NCBI GenBank assembly: GCA_964478975.1
Contig: CAYZKQ010000001.1
Coordinates: forward strand, 1-53,016
DNA length: 53,016 nucleotides
Direction: 5' to 3'
Source of the DNA: an uncultured Vicinamibacterales bacterium
Lineage (GTDB): Bacteria > Acidobacteriota > Vicinamibacteria > Vicinamibacterales > JAHECP01
The stretch's first letter is position 1; the number at the start of each line of letters is the position of its first letter. Below the pieces are notes generated by a model that worked only from the letters and a program-made list of their open reading frames with translations, was not told the origin of the DNA and did not search any database. Shown piece after piece: positions 27,590-36,164 of the stretch. The position numbers were made by a program, and so were the translations under genes.

Positions 27590-28396
27590 ATGGCGGGCCC
27601 CGAGAAAGGCGGCAGCGCGGTGGAGACCGGCCTGGCCGGGAAAGTCGTGATCGTCACGGGGGGCGCGGCCGGCATCGGCCGCGCGACGGCGGCGGCCTTC
27701 GCGGAGCGGGGCGCGCGCGTCGCGGCCTGGGATGTCCAGGACGAGCCCGCCGGCCTGGCCGCGGAGATCGCCACGGCCGGAGAGCCGGGGCTGGTCGCGC
27801 GGGTCGACGTCACGGACCCGGACGCGGTCGAGCGGGGCGTGCAGGAGGTCGTCGCCCGCTGGGGCCGGGTCGACGTGCTGGTCAACAACGCGGGCATCGT
27901 CCGCGACGCCCAGGTCGTCAAGTGGAAGGACGGCGCCGTCGTGGCGCGGCTGTCGGACGCCGCCTTCGACGCGGTGGTCGCCGTGAACCTGAAGGGAGTG
28001 TTCTACTGCGCGCGGGCGGTCGTCCCGCACATGATCCGCCAGGGCGGCGGCGTGATCCTCAACGCCACTTCGGTCGTGGCGCTCTACGGCAACTTCGGCC
28101 AGACCAACTACGCCGCCGCCAAAGCCGGCGTCATCGCCATGACGCGCACGTGGGCCCGGGAGCTCGGTCGCTACGGGATCCGCGTCAACGCGGTGGCGCC
28201 GGGGTTCATCCGCACCGACATGCTGCGCTCGGTGCCCCCGAAGGCGCTCGACGACCTTGTGGCCCGCACGCCGGTCGGCCGCCTGGGGGAGCCCCGGGAC
28301 GTCGCCGAGGCCTACGTGTGGCTCGCGTCGGACCGGGCCCGGTTCGTCCACGGAGCGGTGCTGTCGGTCGACGGCGGCCTCGTGCTCGGGACCTAG
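27590..28396 (+). CDS. Classical short-chain dehydrogenase/reductase (FabG-like 3-oxoacyl reductase)
   Basis: TGGAAGIG, NNAG and YAAAK motifs. The start is uncertain (ATG 27590, or in-frame GTG 27551 or 27620). Confidence 0.88.
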   Translation: MAGPEKGGSAVETGLAGKVVIVTGGAAGIGRATAAAFAERGARVAAWDVQDEPAGLAAEIATAGEPGLVARVDVTDPDAVERGVQEVVARWGRVDVLVNNAGIVRDAQVVKWKDGAVVARLSDAAFDAVVAVNLKGVFYCARAVVPHMIRQGGGVILNATSVVALYGNFGQTNYAAAKAGVIAMTRTWARELGRYGIRVNAVAPGFIRTDMLRSVPPKALDDLVARTPVGRLGEPRDVAEAYVWLASDRARFVHGAVLSVDGGLVLGT

Positions 28397-28397
28397 C

Positions 28398-29429
28398 ATG
28401 CCGCGGCTGTCCAGGGTCGAGAGGGAACGCCTGCCGACGCCTCGTTATGCGCGCCTGAGGGCCACCGCCCGGTACGTCCCCGAGATCGAAGTCACCAACG
28501 ATCACCTGCGCGCCAGGTTCGGCGCGCGCTTCCCGGACTTCGTCGACAAGATGGAGGCGGCGAGCGGCATCCGGACCCGATGGGTGGCGCCGGAGGGGTG
28601 GGCGACGTCCGATGTCGCGCTGCCGGCCGCGCGCCTGGCCCTCGAGCGCGCCGGCCGGCGGCCGAACGAGGTCGACCTGATCATCGTGGGGACGGACTCG
28701 CCGGACTACATCACGCCGGCCACCTCGGTCGTGCTCCAGCACAAGCTGGGCGCCGCGCGCGCGGGCACCTTCGACGTCGGCTGTGCGTGCGCGTCGTTCC
28801 CGACCGGGCTCGCGGCGGCCGCGGGGATCCTGGCCACGAACCGCGCGATGCGGACGGTGCTCGTGGTGGGCGTCTACCGCATGAGCCGGCTAGCGGATCC
28901 GGACGACCCCATGGTGTTCTTCTACAGCGACGGCGCCGGCGCGGCGGTGCTCGAGCCCGGGGACGAGCCCGGGTTTCTCGGCGCGGTGTTCCAGGCCGAC
29001 GGCGCGTACCACGCCTACTGGGGGCTGTACTCTGGGGGGACCTACGAGCCTGCGACCGAAGCCTCCGTGCGGGCCGGACGCACGCGCGTGCGCATGCTCC
29101 AGCGCTACCCGCCGGAGATCAACCACGAGGGGTGGCCGCGGCTGGTCCGGCAGCTCGCCGACGAGGTCGGCTTCGCGGTGCGCGACATCGACTTCATCAT
29201 CTTCACCCAGGTGAGGAAACCGAGCATCGAGCTCGTGATGCACGAGCTCGGCCTGCCGCTCGAGCGCACCCATACCGTCATGGACCGCTACGGGTACACG
29301 GGCTCGGCCTGCATCCCCATGGCGCTGGACGAGGCGCTCGAGCGCGGCCGCATCCGGCCTGGCGCCTTGCTCGTGCTGGTCGGCTCGGGCGTGGGCTACA
29401 ACCAGGCGGCGGTGGCGTGGCGCCTCTGA
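28398..29429 (+). CDS. KAS III (FabH)-like thiolase-fold protein retaining the Cys but lacking the His/Asn of the catalytic triad
   Basis: FDVGCACASF aligns with FabH FDVAAACAGF (Cys112). FabH PHQAN corresponds to FTQVR, and HGNTSAAS corresponds to YGYTGSAC. The start lies 1 nt after the SDR stop. Confidence 0.85.
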   Translation: MPRLSRVERERLPTPRYARLRATARYVPEIEVTNDHLRARFGARFPDFVDKMEAASGIRTRWVAPEGWATSDVALPAARLALERAGRRPNEVDLIIVGTDSPDYITPATSVVLQHKLGAARAGTFDVGCACASFPTGLAAAAGILATNRAMRTVLVVGVYRMSRLADPDDPMVFFYSDGAGAAVLEPGDEPGFLGAVFQADGAYHAYWGLYSGGTYEPATEASVRAGRTRVRMLQRYPPEINHEGWPRLVRQLADEVGFAVRDIDFIIFTQVRKPSIELVMHELGLPLERTHTVMDRYGYTGSACIPMALDEALERGRIRPGALLVLVGSGVGYNQAAVAWRL

Positions 29430-30991
29430 CCGGCGACCTTCTCGGCGAACGCGCGCGGGTGACGCCTGCGCGGACGGCGGTCGTCGAGGTGTCGTCGGGC
29501 CGCCGGCTGAGTTACGCCGCGCTCGACGCCCGGGCCCGGGCGGCCGCCGGCGTCGTGCGCGGCGACTTCGGTCTTCGTCCCGGGGACCGGCTCGGGCTCC
29601 TCGCCGGCAACTCGATCGAATTTCTCGACCTGTTCTTCGCCGCACCCAAGGCCGGCTTCGTCTTCGTCCCGCTCAGCCTCCGCCTGGCGCCTCCGGAGCT
29701 GGCGGCCATCGTCCGCGACAGTGGCCTGCGCGTGCTGGTCTACGACGCGGCGTCGGCCCAGACCGTGACGGCCCTGCAGCAACTCGTGACGCTCGACCGC
29801 TGGGTAGCCCTCGAGGCCGGGGTCCTCGCGGAGGCCGTGCAGCGTGCGACCGAGGGGGGACCGCCCCGTCCCGAGCCCTGGGCGCTCGAGCGCCGCAGCC
29901 CCGAAGACCTCCACTGCCTCCTCTACACGAGCGGGACGACCGGGCGTCCCAAGGGCGTCATGATCCCGTACCGCATGGTGGTGTGGAACGCCTACAACAC
30001 GGTGCTCTCGTGGCGCCTCCGCGGCGACGATGTGAGCCCGATCTTCACGCCGCTCGCTCATGCGGGCGGCCTCACGGTGTTCTTGACGCCGCTCGTGGCG
30101 GCCGGGGGCACGGTCGTGCTCCACCGCGGCTTCGACCCGGGCGAAATCTGGCGCACGATCGAGCGGGAGCGCTGCACGGTGGCGCTGGGCGTCCCCACGA
30201 TCTGGCAGCGACTCCTGGACGCGCCGGAATTTGCCACAATCGACCTCCGCCACGTCCGCTGGTTCATCAGCGGTGGTGCCCCGCTCCCAGTGTTTCTCGT
30301 CGACGAGTACCGGCGGCGGGGCGTCGTGCTCAAGCAGGGCTACGGCCTGACCGAGGTGGGCGTGAACTGCTTCACCATGACGTGCGAGGACGCGCTGCGG
30401 AAAAAGGGCTCCATCGGCAAGCCGCTCATGTTCACCGACGCGAAGCTGGTGGACGATGAGGGGCGGGAGGTCGCAGTGGGGGAAGTCGGCGAGCTGTGGC
30501 TGCGCGGGCCGCACGTCTGCCGCGGCTACTGGAACGACCCGGAGGCCACGGCCGCCGTCCTCGACGCCGACGGGTGGTTCCACACGGGCGACCTCGCGCG
30601 GTGCGACGCCGAGGGGTTCTACTACATCGCCGGGCGCAAGAAGGATCTGTTCATCAGCGGCGGCCTGAACGTCTATCCGGCCGAGGTCGAGGCGGCGCTG
30701 CTCGCGCATCCGGACGTGGCGGACGCCGCCGTCATCGGGGTCGCGGATCCCGTCTGGGGCGAAGTCGGCGTCGCCTTCATCGTCGCGCGCGCGGGCCGCC
30801 CCGTGACGGAGCCGGCGCTCGTGCCGCACCTCGAGGCGCGCCTGGCGCGGTACAAGATCCCCAAGGCGTTCGTTCTGGTCGACGCGCTCCCGCGGACGCC
30901 GTACGGGAAAGTCCTCAAGCGCGAGCTCGCCGCGCAGTACGCCGCCCGGCGGGCATCGCCCGGCGACGGGGGCGAGGAGAAGACGCCATGA
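29417..30991 (+). CDS. AMP-dependent synthetase/ligase (acyl-CoA synthetase superfamily)
   Basis: YTSGTTGRPKG, GYGLTEV, GWFHTGDLA and PRTPYGKVLK motifs. The GTG start overlaps the end of the KASIII-like gene by 13 nt. Confidence 0.88.
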   Translation: MAPLTGDLLGERARVTPARTAVVEVSSGRRLSYAALDARARAAAGVVRGDFGLRPGDRLGLLAGNSIEFLDLFFAAPKAGFVFVPLSLRLAPPELAAIVRDSGLRVLVYDAASAQTVTALQQLVTLDRWVALEAGVLAEAVQRATEGGPPRPEPWALERRSPEDLHCLLYTSGTTGRPKGVMIPYRMVVWNAYNTVLSWRLRGDDVSPIFTPLAHAGGLTVFLTPLVAAGGTVVLHRGFDPGEIWRTIERERCTVALGVPTIWQRLLDAPEFATIDLRHVRWFISGGAPLPVFLVDEYRRRGVVLKQGYGLTEVGVNCFTMTCEDALRKKGSIGKPLMFTDAKLVDDEGREVAVGEVGELWLRGPHVCRGYWNDPEATAAVLDADGWFHTGDLARCDAEGFYYIAGRKKDLFISGGLNVYPAEVEAALLAHPDVADAAVIGVADPVWGEVGVAFIVARAGRPVTEPALVPHLEARLARYKIPKAFVLVDALPRTPYGKVLKRELAAQYAARRASPGDGGEEKTP

Positions 30992-31800
30992 CCGAGACGC
31001 TGGTGGCCCATCAGGTGACCGGCCGCGCTGACGCGCCGCCCGTCCTGCTGCTGAACGGCGGCCTCATGACCTATGCCGCGTGGGAGCCGCTGGCCGCCGG
31101 TTTGCGGGACCGCTACCGCGTCGTGGCCTTCGACTTCCGCGGGCAATGGCTGTCGCCGGGCGCGCCGCCGGCGACGCTCGATGGGCACGTCGAGGACGTG
31201 CGGGCGTTGCTCGATCATCTCGGGATCGAGCACGCGCACCTCGTCGGCACCTCGTTCGGCGCGATCGTCGGACTGCTGCTGGCGGCGCGGGCGCCGGAAC
31301 GAGTACGATCGGTGACGGCCGTCACGGCCACCGAGCGCGTGACGCCGGAGATGTGGCGGGCGGCCGGGCCGTTGCGCGAGGCGTGCCGGCAGGCCGCAGC
31401 GGGCGGCGACGGCGGGCTCTTCTTCGACCACGTGGCGGCCGCCACCTTCTCGCCCGCCTACCGCGCCGCCCAGGCGGGCGTGCTGGCGGAGCGCCGGCGT
31501 CAGGTGGCGGCGATGCCGCCGGCCTGGTTCGACGGGGTCCTCGGCCTGCTCGGCGCCCTCGAAGGGCTGGATCTGACGCCGGTGCTGCCCGGCCTCCGGT
31601 GCCCGGCGCTCGTGGTCGGGGCTGAGCTCGACGCGACGTTCCCCGTCGAGCACTCGCGGGCGCTGGCGGCGCACATCCCGGGGGCGAGGCTGGCGATCGT
31701 GCCGGGGTGCGGACACGGGCTCGTGGTCGAGGCGGCGGACCGGCTGTCGGCGATCGTGCAGGCGTTTCTCGCCGACGCCGAGCCCGGGAGGGTCTCATGA
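30988..31800 (+). CDS. Alpha/beta-fold hydrolase
   Basis: ATGA overlap with the ligase stop. GxSxG nucleophile elbow (LVGTSFGA) and C-terminal GCGH. It is 270 aa. Confidence 0.85.
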   Translation: MTETLVAHQVTGRADAPPVLLLNGGLMTYAAWEPLAAGLRDRYRVVAFDFRGQWLSPGAPPATLDGHVEDVRALLDHLGIEHAHLVGTSFGAIVGLLLAARAPERVRSVTAVTATERVTPEMWRAAGPLREACRQAAAGGDGGLFFDHVAAATFSPAYRAAQAGVLAERRRQVAAMPPAWFDGVLGLLGALEGLDLTPVLPGLRCPALVVGAELDATFPVEHSRALAAHIPGARLAIVPGCGHGLVVEAADRLSAIVQAFLADAEPGRVS

Positions 31801-32999
31801 CGTCCGTCTACATCGCGGCCTACCATCAATCGCCGTTCGGCAAGCTGAAGGCGCTCACGGTCCCGGAGATCATCGAGCGGGCCGTCCGCGGGGTCTGCGA
31901 CGCCGCCGGCGTGGAGCCCGAGGTCGTCGACGTCGCGTCGATCGGCGCGACCTGCAACTTCTCGTTGAACGAGCAAGGTCTGCTCGCCGGGCTGGTGGCG
32001 ATGGTGCCCGGGCTGGCCGGCAAGCCCATCGAGGCGGTCGAGAACGCGTGCGCGTCGGGCGGCCAGGCGGTGCTCGCCGTCGTCCAGAAGCTGCAGCTCG
32101 GGCTGGGCGACGTGGGCCTCGCCATCGGCTACGAGAAGATGCGCGATGCCGAGGGCAAGATGGACGGCAAGCTCATCGGGAAGGTGCTTGGCTACTTTTC
32201 CCATCCGGACGAGCGCGAGGGCAAGGTGTTCGTGTTTCCGCACCTCTTCGCCGAGGTCATGCGGGACTACATGGCGGCGCACGGGGTGACCGAGCGCGAC
32301 CTGGCCGCCATCGCGGTGCAGGAGTACGCCAACGCCCAGCACAACCCGTACGCCCAGATGCGCGGCGTCCACCTCACCCTCGACCAGGCGGTCGCCATCG
32401 AGGGCGTCAACCGCTACGTCGTCGAGGGCCTGCCGCTCAAGACCTACGACTGTTCTCAGATCAGCGACGGCTACGCCGCGCTGCTGCTCGCGACCGAGCG
32501 GGGACTCGCGCGGTTGGGCCTCGACAAGCGCGACACGGTCCGGCTGGCTGGGTGGGCGCAGGCGACCGACCCGATCAAGAAAGCCGGGCGTGATGTGCTG
32601 CGCCCGGCGGGCGCCTACCGGGCGATGCGCCAGGCCTACGACCGGGCCGGCGTGACGGCGACGGATGTCAACGTGGCGGAGATCCACGACTGCTTCACCG
32701 TGATGGGGGCGATCGGGACGGAGGTGCTGGGCAAGGCGGACTACGGGCAGGGGGCGCGCTACTGGGTCGACGGGAAGGCCGCGCCCGACGGCGAGTGCGG
32801 GATCAACACGTCGGGCGGCCTCATCGCGAAGGGGCATCCGGTGGGGGCCACTGGCGTCGCGATGATCGGCTGGTGCGCGTGGCAACTGCTCGGCAAGGTC
32901 CCGCCGCCCTTGCAGGTCAGGAACGTTCGGGTGGCGGCGACGTTCAACATCGGGGGGCCCATCTGCGCGTCGGTGTGCACGGTGCTGACGCGGGACTAG
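31797..32999 (+). CDS. Thiolase-domain protein (SCP-x / propanoyl-CoA C-acyltransferase-like)
   Basis: ATGA overlap with the hydrolase stop. Active-site blocks VENACASGG, EIHDCF and TSGGLIAKGHPVGATG. Confidence 0.88.
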   Translation: MTSVYIAAYHQSPFGKLKALTVPEIIERAVRGVCDAAGVEPEVVDVASIGATCNFSLNEQGLLAGLVAMVPGLAGKPIEAVENACASGGQAVLAVVQKLQLGLGDVGLAIGYEKMRDAEGKMDGKLIGKVLGYFSHPDEREGKVFVFPHLFAEVMRDYMAAHGVTERDLAAIAVQEYANAQHNPYAQMRGVHLTLDQAVAIEGVNRYVVEGLPLKTYDCSQISDGYAALLLATERGLARLGLDKRDTVRLAGWAQATDPIKKAGRDVLRPAGAYRAMRQAYDRAGVTATDVNVAEIHDCFTVMGAIGTEVLGKADYGQGARYWVDGKAAPDGECGINTSGGLIAKGHPVGATGVAMIGWCAWQLLGKVPPPLQVRNVRVAATFNIGGPICASVCTVLTRD

Positions 33000-33072
33000 C
33001 CGCGGCGGGCGCGGCGTCCCGCGCGGCGACACCGGGACCCCTCGCGGGCTCGGAGGAGGCGGCGGCGGGAGC

Positions 33073-33708
33073 ATGAACCGGAGGGCACGGCGCCTCCAGG
33101 AGGCGCGGTCGGAGCGGAGTCGCGCGCAGATCTTGCAGGCGGCGCTCGAGCTCTTTTCGAACCGCGGTTACCACGGCACGAGCATGCGGGACATCGCCCG
33201 GGCCGCCGGCGTCTCGACGGGCAACGTCTACCACCAGTTTCCGGACAAGGAGACGATCTTCAACGCGCTGCTCGACCAGTACTGGGCCGCGATCGACTCG
33301 CCGGAGTTCCCCTTCAACAAGGCGCTCGCCGCCGGGGCGTTTCCGAACGACCTCGAGGCGCTCGGGCGCGCCGCGCGGGAAAGCATCGAGCAGTACCGGG
33401 CCTACGTCGCGCTCATCTACGTGGACGTCGTGGAGTTCGACGGCAGCCACATCCGCAAGTTCTACGCGGACATGGCCCGGCGGTTCCAGGCTTTCCTCGA
33501 GCAGAACCAGGACCGGCTCAATCTGGACCGCCTGCGCCCCGGGGTGTCGCCGCTGGCGGCCGTCATGCTCGCCAGTCGATTCCTGCTCCACTACTTCGCC
33601 GTCGAGGTCGTCTTCGGCGTGCCGAACCACTTCGGCGCGGACACCGACACCGTGCTCAAACAGATCGCCGACATCCTGACGCACGGCATGCTGCGGCCGG
33701 CGAGCTGA
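33073..33708 (+). CDS. TetR/AcrR-family transcriptional regulator
   Basis: N-terminal HTH ILQAALELFSNRGYHGTSMRDIARAAGVSTGNVYHQF. Confidence 0.92.
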   Translation: MNRRARRLQEARSERSRAQILQAALELFSNRGYHGTSMRDIARAAGVSTGNVYHQFPDKETIFNALLDQYWAAIDSPEFPFNKALAAGAFPNDLEALGRAARESIEQYRAYVALIYVDVVEFDGSHIRKFYADMARRFQAFLEQNQDRLNLDRLRPGVSPLAAVMLASRFLLHYFAVEVVFGVPNHFGADTDTVLKQIADILTHGMLRPAS

Positions 33709-33716
33709 CCGGAGCC

Positions 33717-36071
33717 TCAGCGCCGCGGTCGGTTCGCCTCGTCCGTGGCGCGCAACGGGTACTCCTTGGGCGGTTCGGCGCCGAGCAGGTGGCGCACGAA
33801 GTAGTCCCATCGCCGCCGGGTCATGTAGGGTTCGTTCCCGAAGCCGTGGCGCCGGTTCGGGAACAGGATGAGGTCGAAATCCTTGTTGTGCCGGATGAGC
33901 TCGTTCACCAGAAGCAGGGTGTTGTCGGGCGGCACGTTGCTGTCGAGGGTGCCGTGGGCGAGCAGCAGCTTGCCCTTCAGGTTTTTCGCCAGGTTCTGGT
34001 TCGCCTGGTCGTCGTAGTTGGTGGTCGCGTCGGGCCGGCGCTCGAGCAGGCCGTGCCACTTCTCGCCCCAGTCGTCCTCGTACAGGCGGTTGTCGTGGTT
34101 GCCGGCCTGCGACACCGCCACCTTGAAGAACTCCGGGTAGCGCAGGATCGCGTCGGCCGCCGCGTACCCCCCGCCCGAGTGCCCGTAGATCCCGGCGCGA
34201 TCCAGGTCGATCCAGGGGTACCGGGCGGCCAGCTCCTTCATCCCCGCGATCTGGTCCGGGAGCCCGTTGTCACCCATGTTGCCGTAGTACGCCGCGTGGA
34301 AGGACTTGGACCGCATGGGCGTGCCCATCGCGTCGATCGACACGACGATGAAGCCCAGCTCCGCGAGGGCTTGCGCGTCGCCGCGGGCCGCCTGGAAGCT
34401 GCGGCTCCCGACGCTCCCGGTCTGCGGGCCGGGGTAGATGCGGTTGACGATGGGGTACTTCTTCGACGGGTCGAACCAGGTGGGCCGGAACAGAAGCCCG
34501 TAGAGGTCCGTCCGGCCGTCGCGCGCCCTCACCGTGATCGGGATCGGCGGCTGCCACCCGGCCTCCCGCAGCTTCGAGATGTCGGCCCGCTCCAGCTCGA
34601 GCACGACCCGCCCCTCCAGGTCGCGGACGACCGTGACGGGCGGCTCGGTGGGGGTGGAGGCGCTGTCGACGAACCACCGGTGCGAGGGCGAAAACGTCAC
34701 GTCGTGGTCGCGGTCCTCCGGCGTGAGCAGCCGGAGGTCACTGCCGTCGAACCGCACGCGGTAGAGGCGCCGGAAGTAGGGGTCGCCCGGCTCGCGGCCC
34801 GCCCCCGTAAAGTAGATCGTCCGCGCCGCCTCGTCGATGTGCAGGACCTGCAGCACGTTCCACGCGCCGCGGGTGATCTGGTGCTTCAGGCGGCCGCTCG
34901 CGAGGTCATACAGGTAGAGATGGCCCCAATCGTCGCGCTGCGAGAACCACAGCAGCTCGTTCGACGCGGGCAGCGCGTGCCAGTTGACGCGGCCGAACCC
35001 CGACTCGAAGAACGTCGCGCTCGTCTCCTCGAGGAGGTCCTTCACCACGCCGGTCTCCGCGTCGGCGACCCGAAGCGTCGCCCGCTTGTGGTCGCGGGAC
35101 GTGGAGAGGAAGAACAGGCGCGCGGCGTCCGGACTCCACTCGACGTCCACCCACCGCCCGCCGCAGACAACGTGGTCGCACAGGCTCGAGCGGTGGGGAT
35201 CCGGCGGCATCTGGAGCCGGACTACGCGCGGGCCGTCGACGTGGATGATCACGCGGTGAATCATGAAGATGTGCTCGTCGCCGACGAGCGGGTACTTCCA
35301 CCGCTCCAACCGCGGGTGTCCGGCGCGCGTCTCCACCAGGTACATCTCTTCGACCTGCCGCCCGTCGTGCTGGAACGTCGCGATCTTCTTCGAGTCCGGC
35401 GACCAGAGGAGCACCGGCCGATCGCTCCTCGTCCAGCCCGCGTTGTCCGTGGCGTACCCGAAGTCCGGGACGCCGTCCGTCGTGAGCTGCACCTCCCGGC
35501 CGGTGGCGAGCTCGCGCACCCACAGGTTGTGGTCGCGGATGAACGCCGCCCGCGCGCCGTCGGGGGATACCACGGCGTTGGCTGGCGGGGCCGGCGGCCG
35601 CGCTGCCGCCGTACACGCTGTGCCGTCGACGTCGCACGTGAACCGGCGATCGCCGACGGTGAACGTCAGGCGTTTTTCGTCCGGCGAGAGCTCGAACTGC
35701 TGGAACGGCAGCCGGTACGGTTCGTAGGTCGTCCCCGCGGCGCGCGAGAGCGCCGCCGCGAGGCGCACGTGGTCGAAGGCGGGCCCGCGGGTCCGACGCG
35801 CCGGGTCCACCAGCACGAACTCGTGGCCTTCGGGGATAGCGTTGCGATACCAGAACCGATCGCCGCCGATCCACGTGGGCCGCACCGCCGCGCGGAACAC
35901 GAGCGGGTTGACCCGGTAGTCGAGCAGCCGCTCGGCGCGGGCGTAGTCGTCCGCCGTCAATACCCGCGGGGCGTACGGTTCGGGGGTCTGTCCCACCGCC
36001 GGCCCGGCGACGGCGAGCGTGGCGGCGAAGACCAGGCAGCAGGAATGTCGGTGTCGGGTCGATGCGCGCAT
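33717..36071 (-). CDS. Dipeptidyl-peptidase IV-like S9B serine peptidase, secreted
   Basis: Signal peptide, a long DPP-IV-type beta-propeller N-domain, the S9 catalytic domain with GIYGHSGGGY, and a C-terminal GTLDSNV...H pattern. Confidence 0.88.
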   Translation of the reverse strand: MRASTRHRHSCCLVFAATLAVAGPAVGQTPEPYAPRVLTADDYARAERLLDYRVNPLVFRAAVRPTWIGGDRFWYRNAIPEGHEFVLVDPARRTRGPAFDHVRLAAALSRAAGTTYEPYRLPFQQFELSPDEKRLTFTVGDRRFTCDVDGTACTAAARPPAPPANAVVSPDGARAAFIRDHNLWVRELATGREVQLTTDGVPDFGYATDNAGWTRSDRPVLLWSPDSKKIATFQHDGRQVEEMYLVETRAGHPRLERWKYPLVGDEHIFMIHRVIIHVDGPRVVRLQMPPDPHRSSLCDHVVCGGRWVDVEWSPDAARLFFLSTSRDHKRATLRVADAETGVVKDLLEETSATFFESGFGRVNWHALPASNELLWFSQRDDWGHLYLYDLASGRLKHQITRGAWNVLQVLHIDEAARTIYFTGAGREPGDPYFRRLYRVRFDGSDLRLLTPEDRDHDVTFSPSHRWFVDSASTPTEPPVTVVRDLEGRVVLELERADISKLREAGWQPPIPITVRARDGRTDLYGLLFRPTWFDPSKKYPIVNRIYPGPQTGSVGSRSFQAARGDAQALAELGFIVVSIDAMGTPMRSKSFHAAYYGNMGDNGLPDQIAGMKELAARYPWIDLDRAGIYGHSGGGYAAADAILRYPEFFKVAVSQAGNHDNRLYEDDWGEKWHGLLERRPDATTNYDDQANQNLAKNLKGKLLLAHGTLDSNVPPDNTLLLVNELIRHNKDFDLILFPNRRHGFGNEPYMTRRRWDYFVRHLLGAEPPKEYPLRATDEANRPRR

Positions 36072-36164
36072 GGCAGGGCTCTCTCGAGAGTCTGGCCTCG
36101 ACCGGCGGGAACGGCGCGCCGGCCGACGGCTAAGGTATCATGGCGCAGGCGCGCGAGGGGATGC

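Noticed and set aside
27590-32999. Calling the cluster a bona fide oleABCD operon
   Set aside because: The family composition matches, but the details do not. The FabH-like protein lacks His/Asn, the reductase is a classical SDR, and an extra thiolase is present. I report it as a hypothesis, not an annotation.
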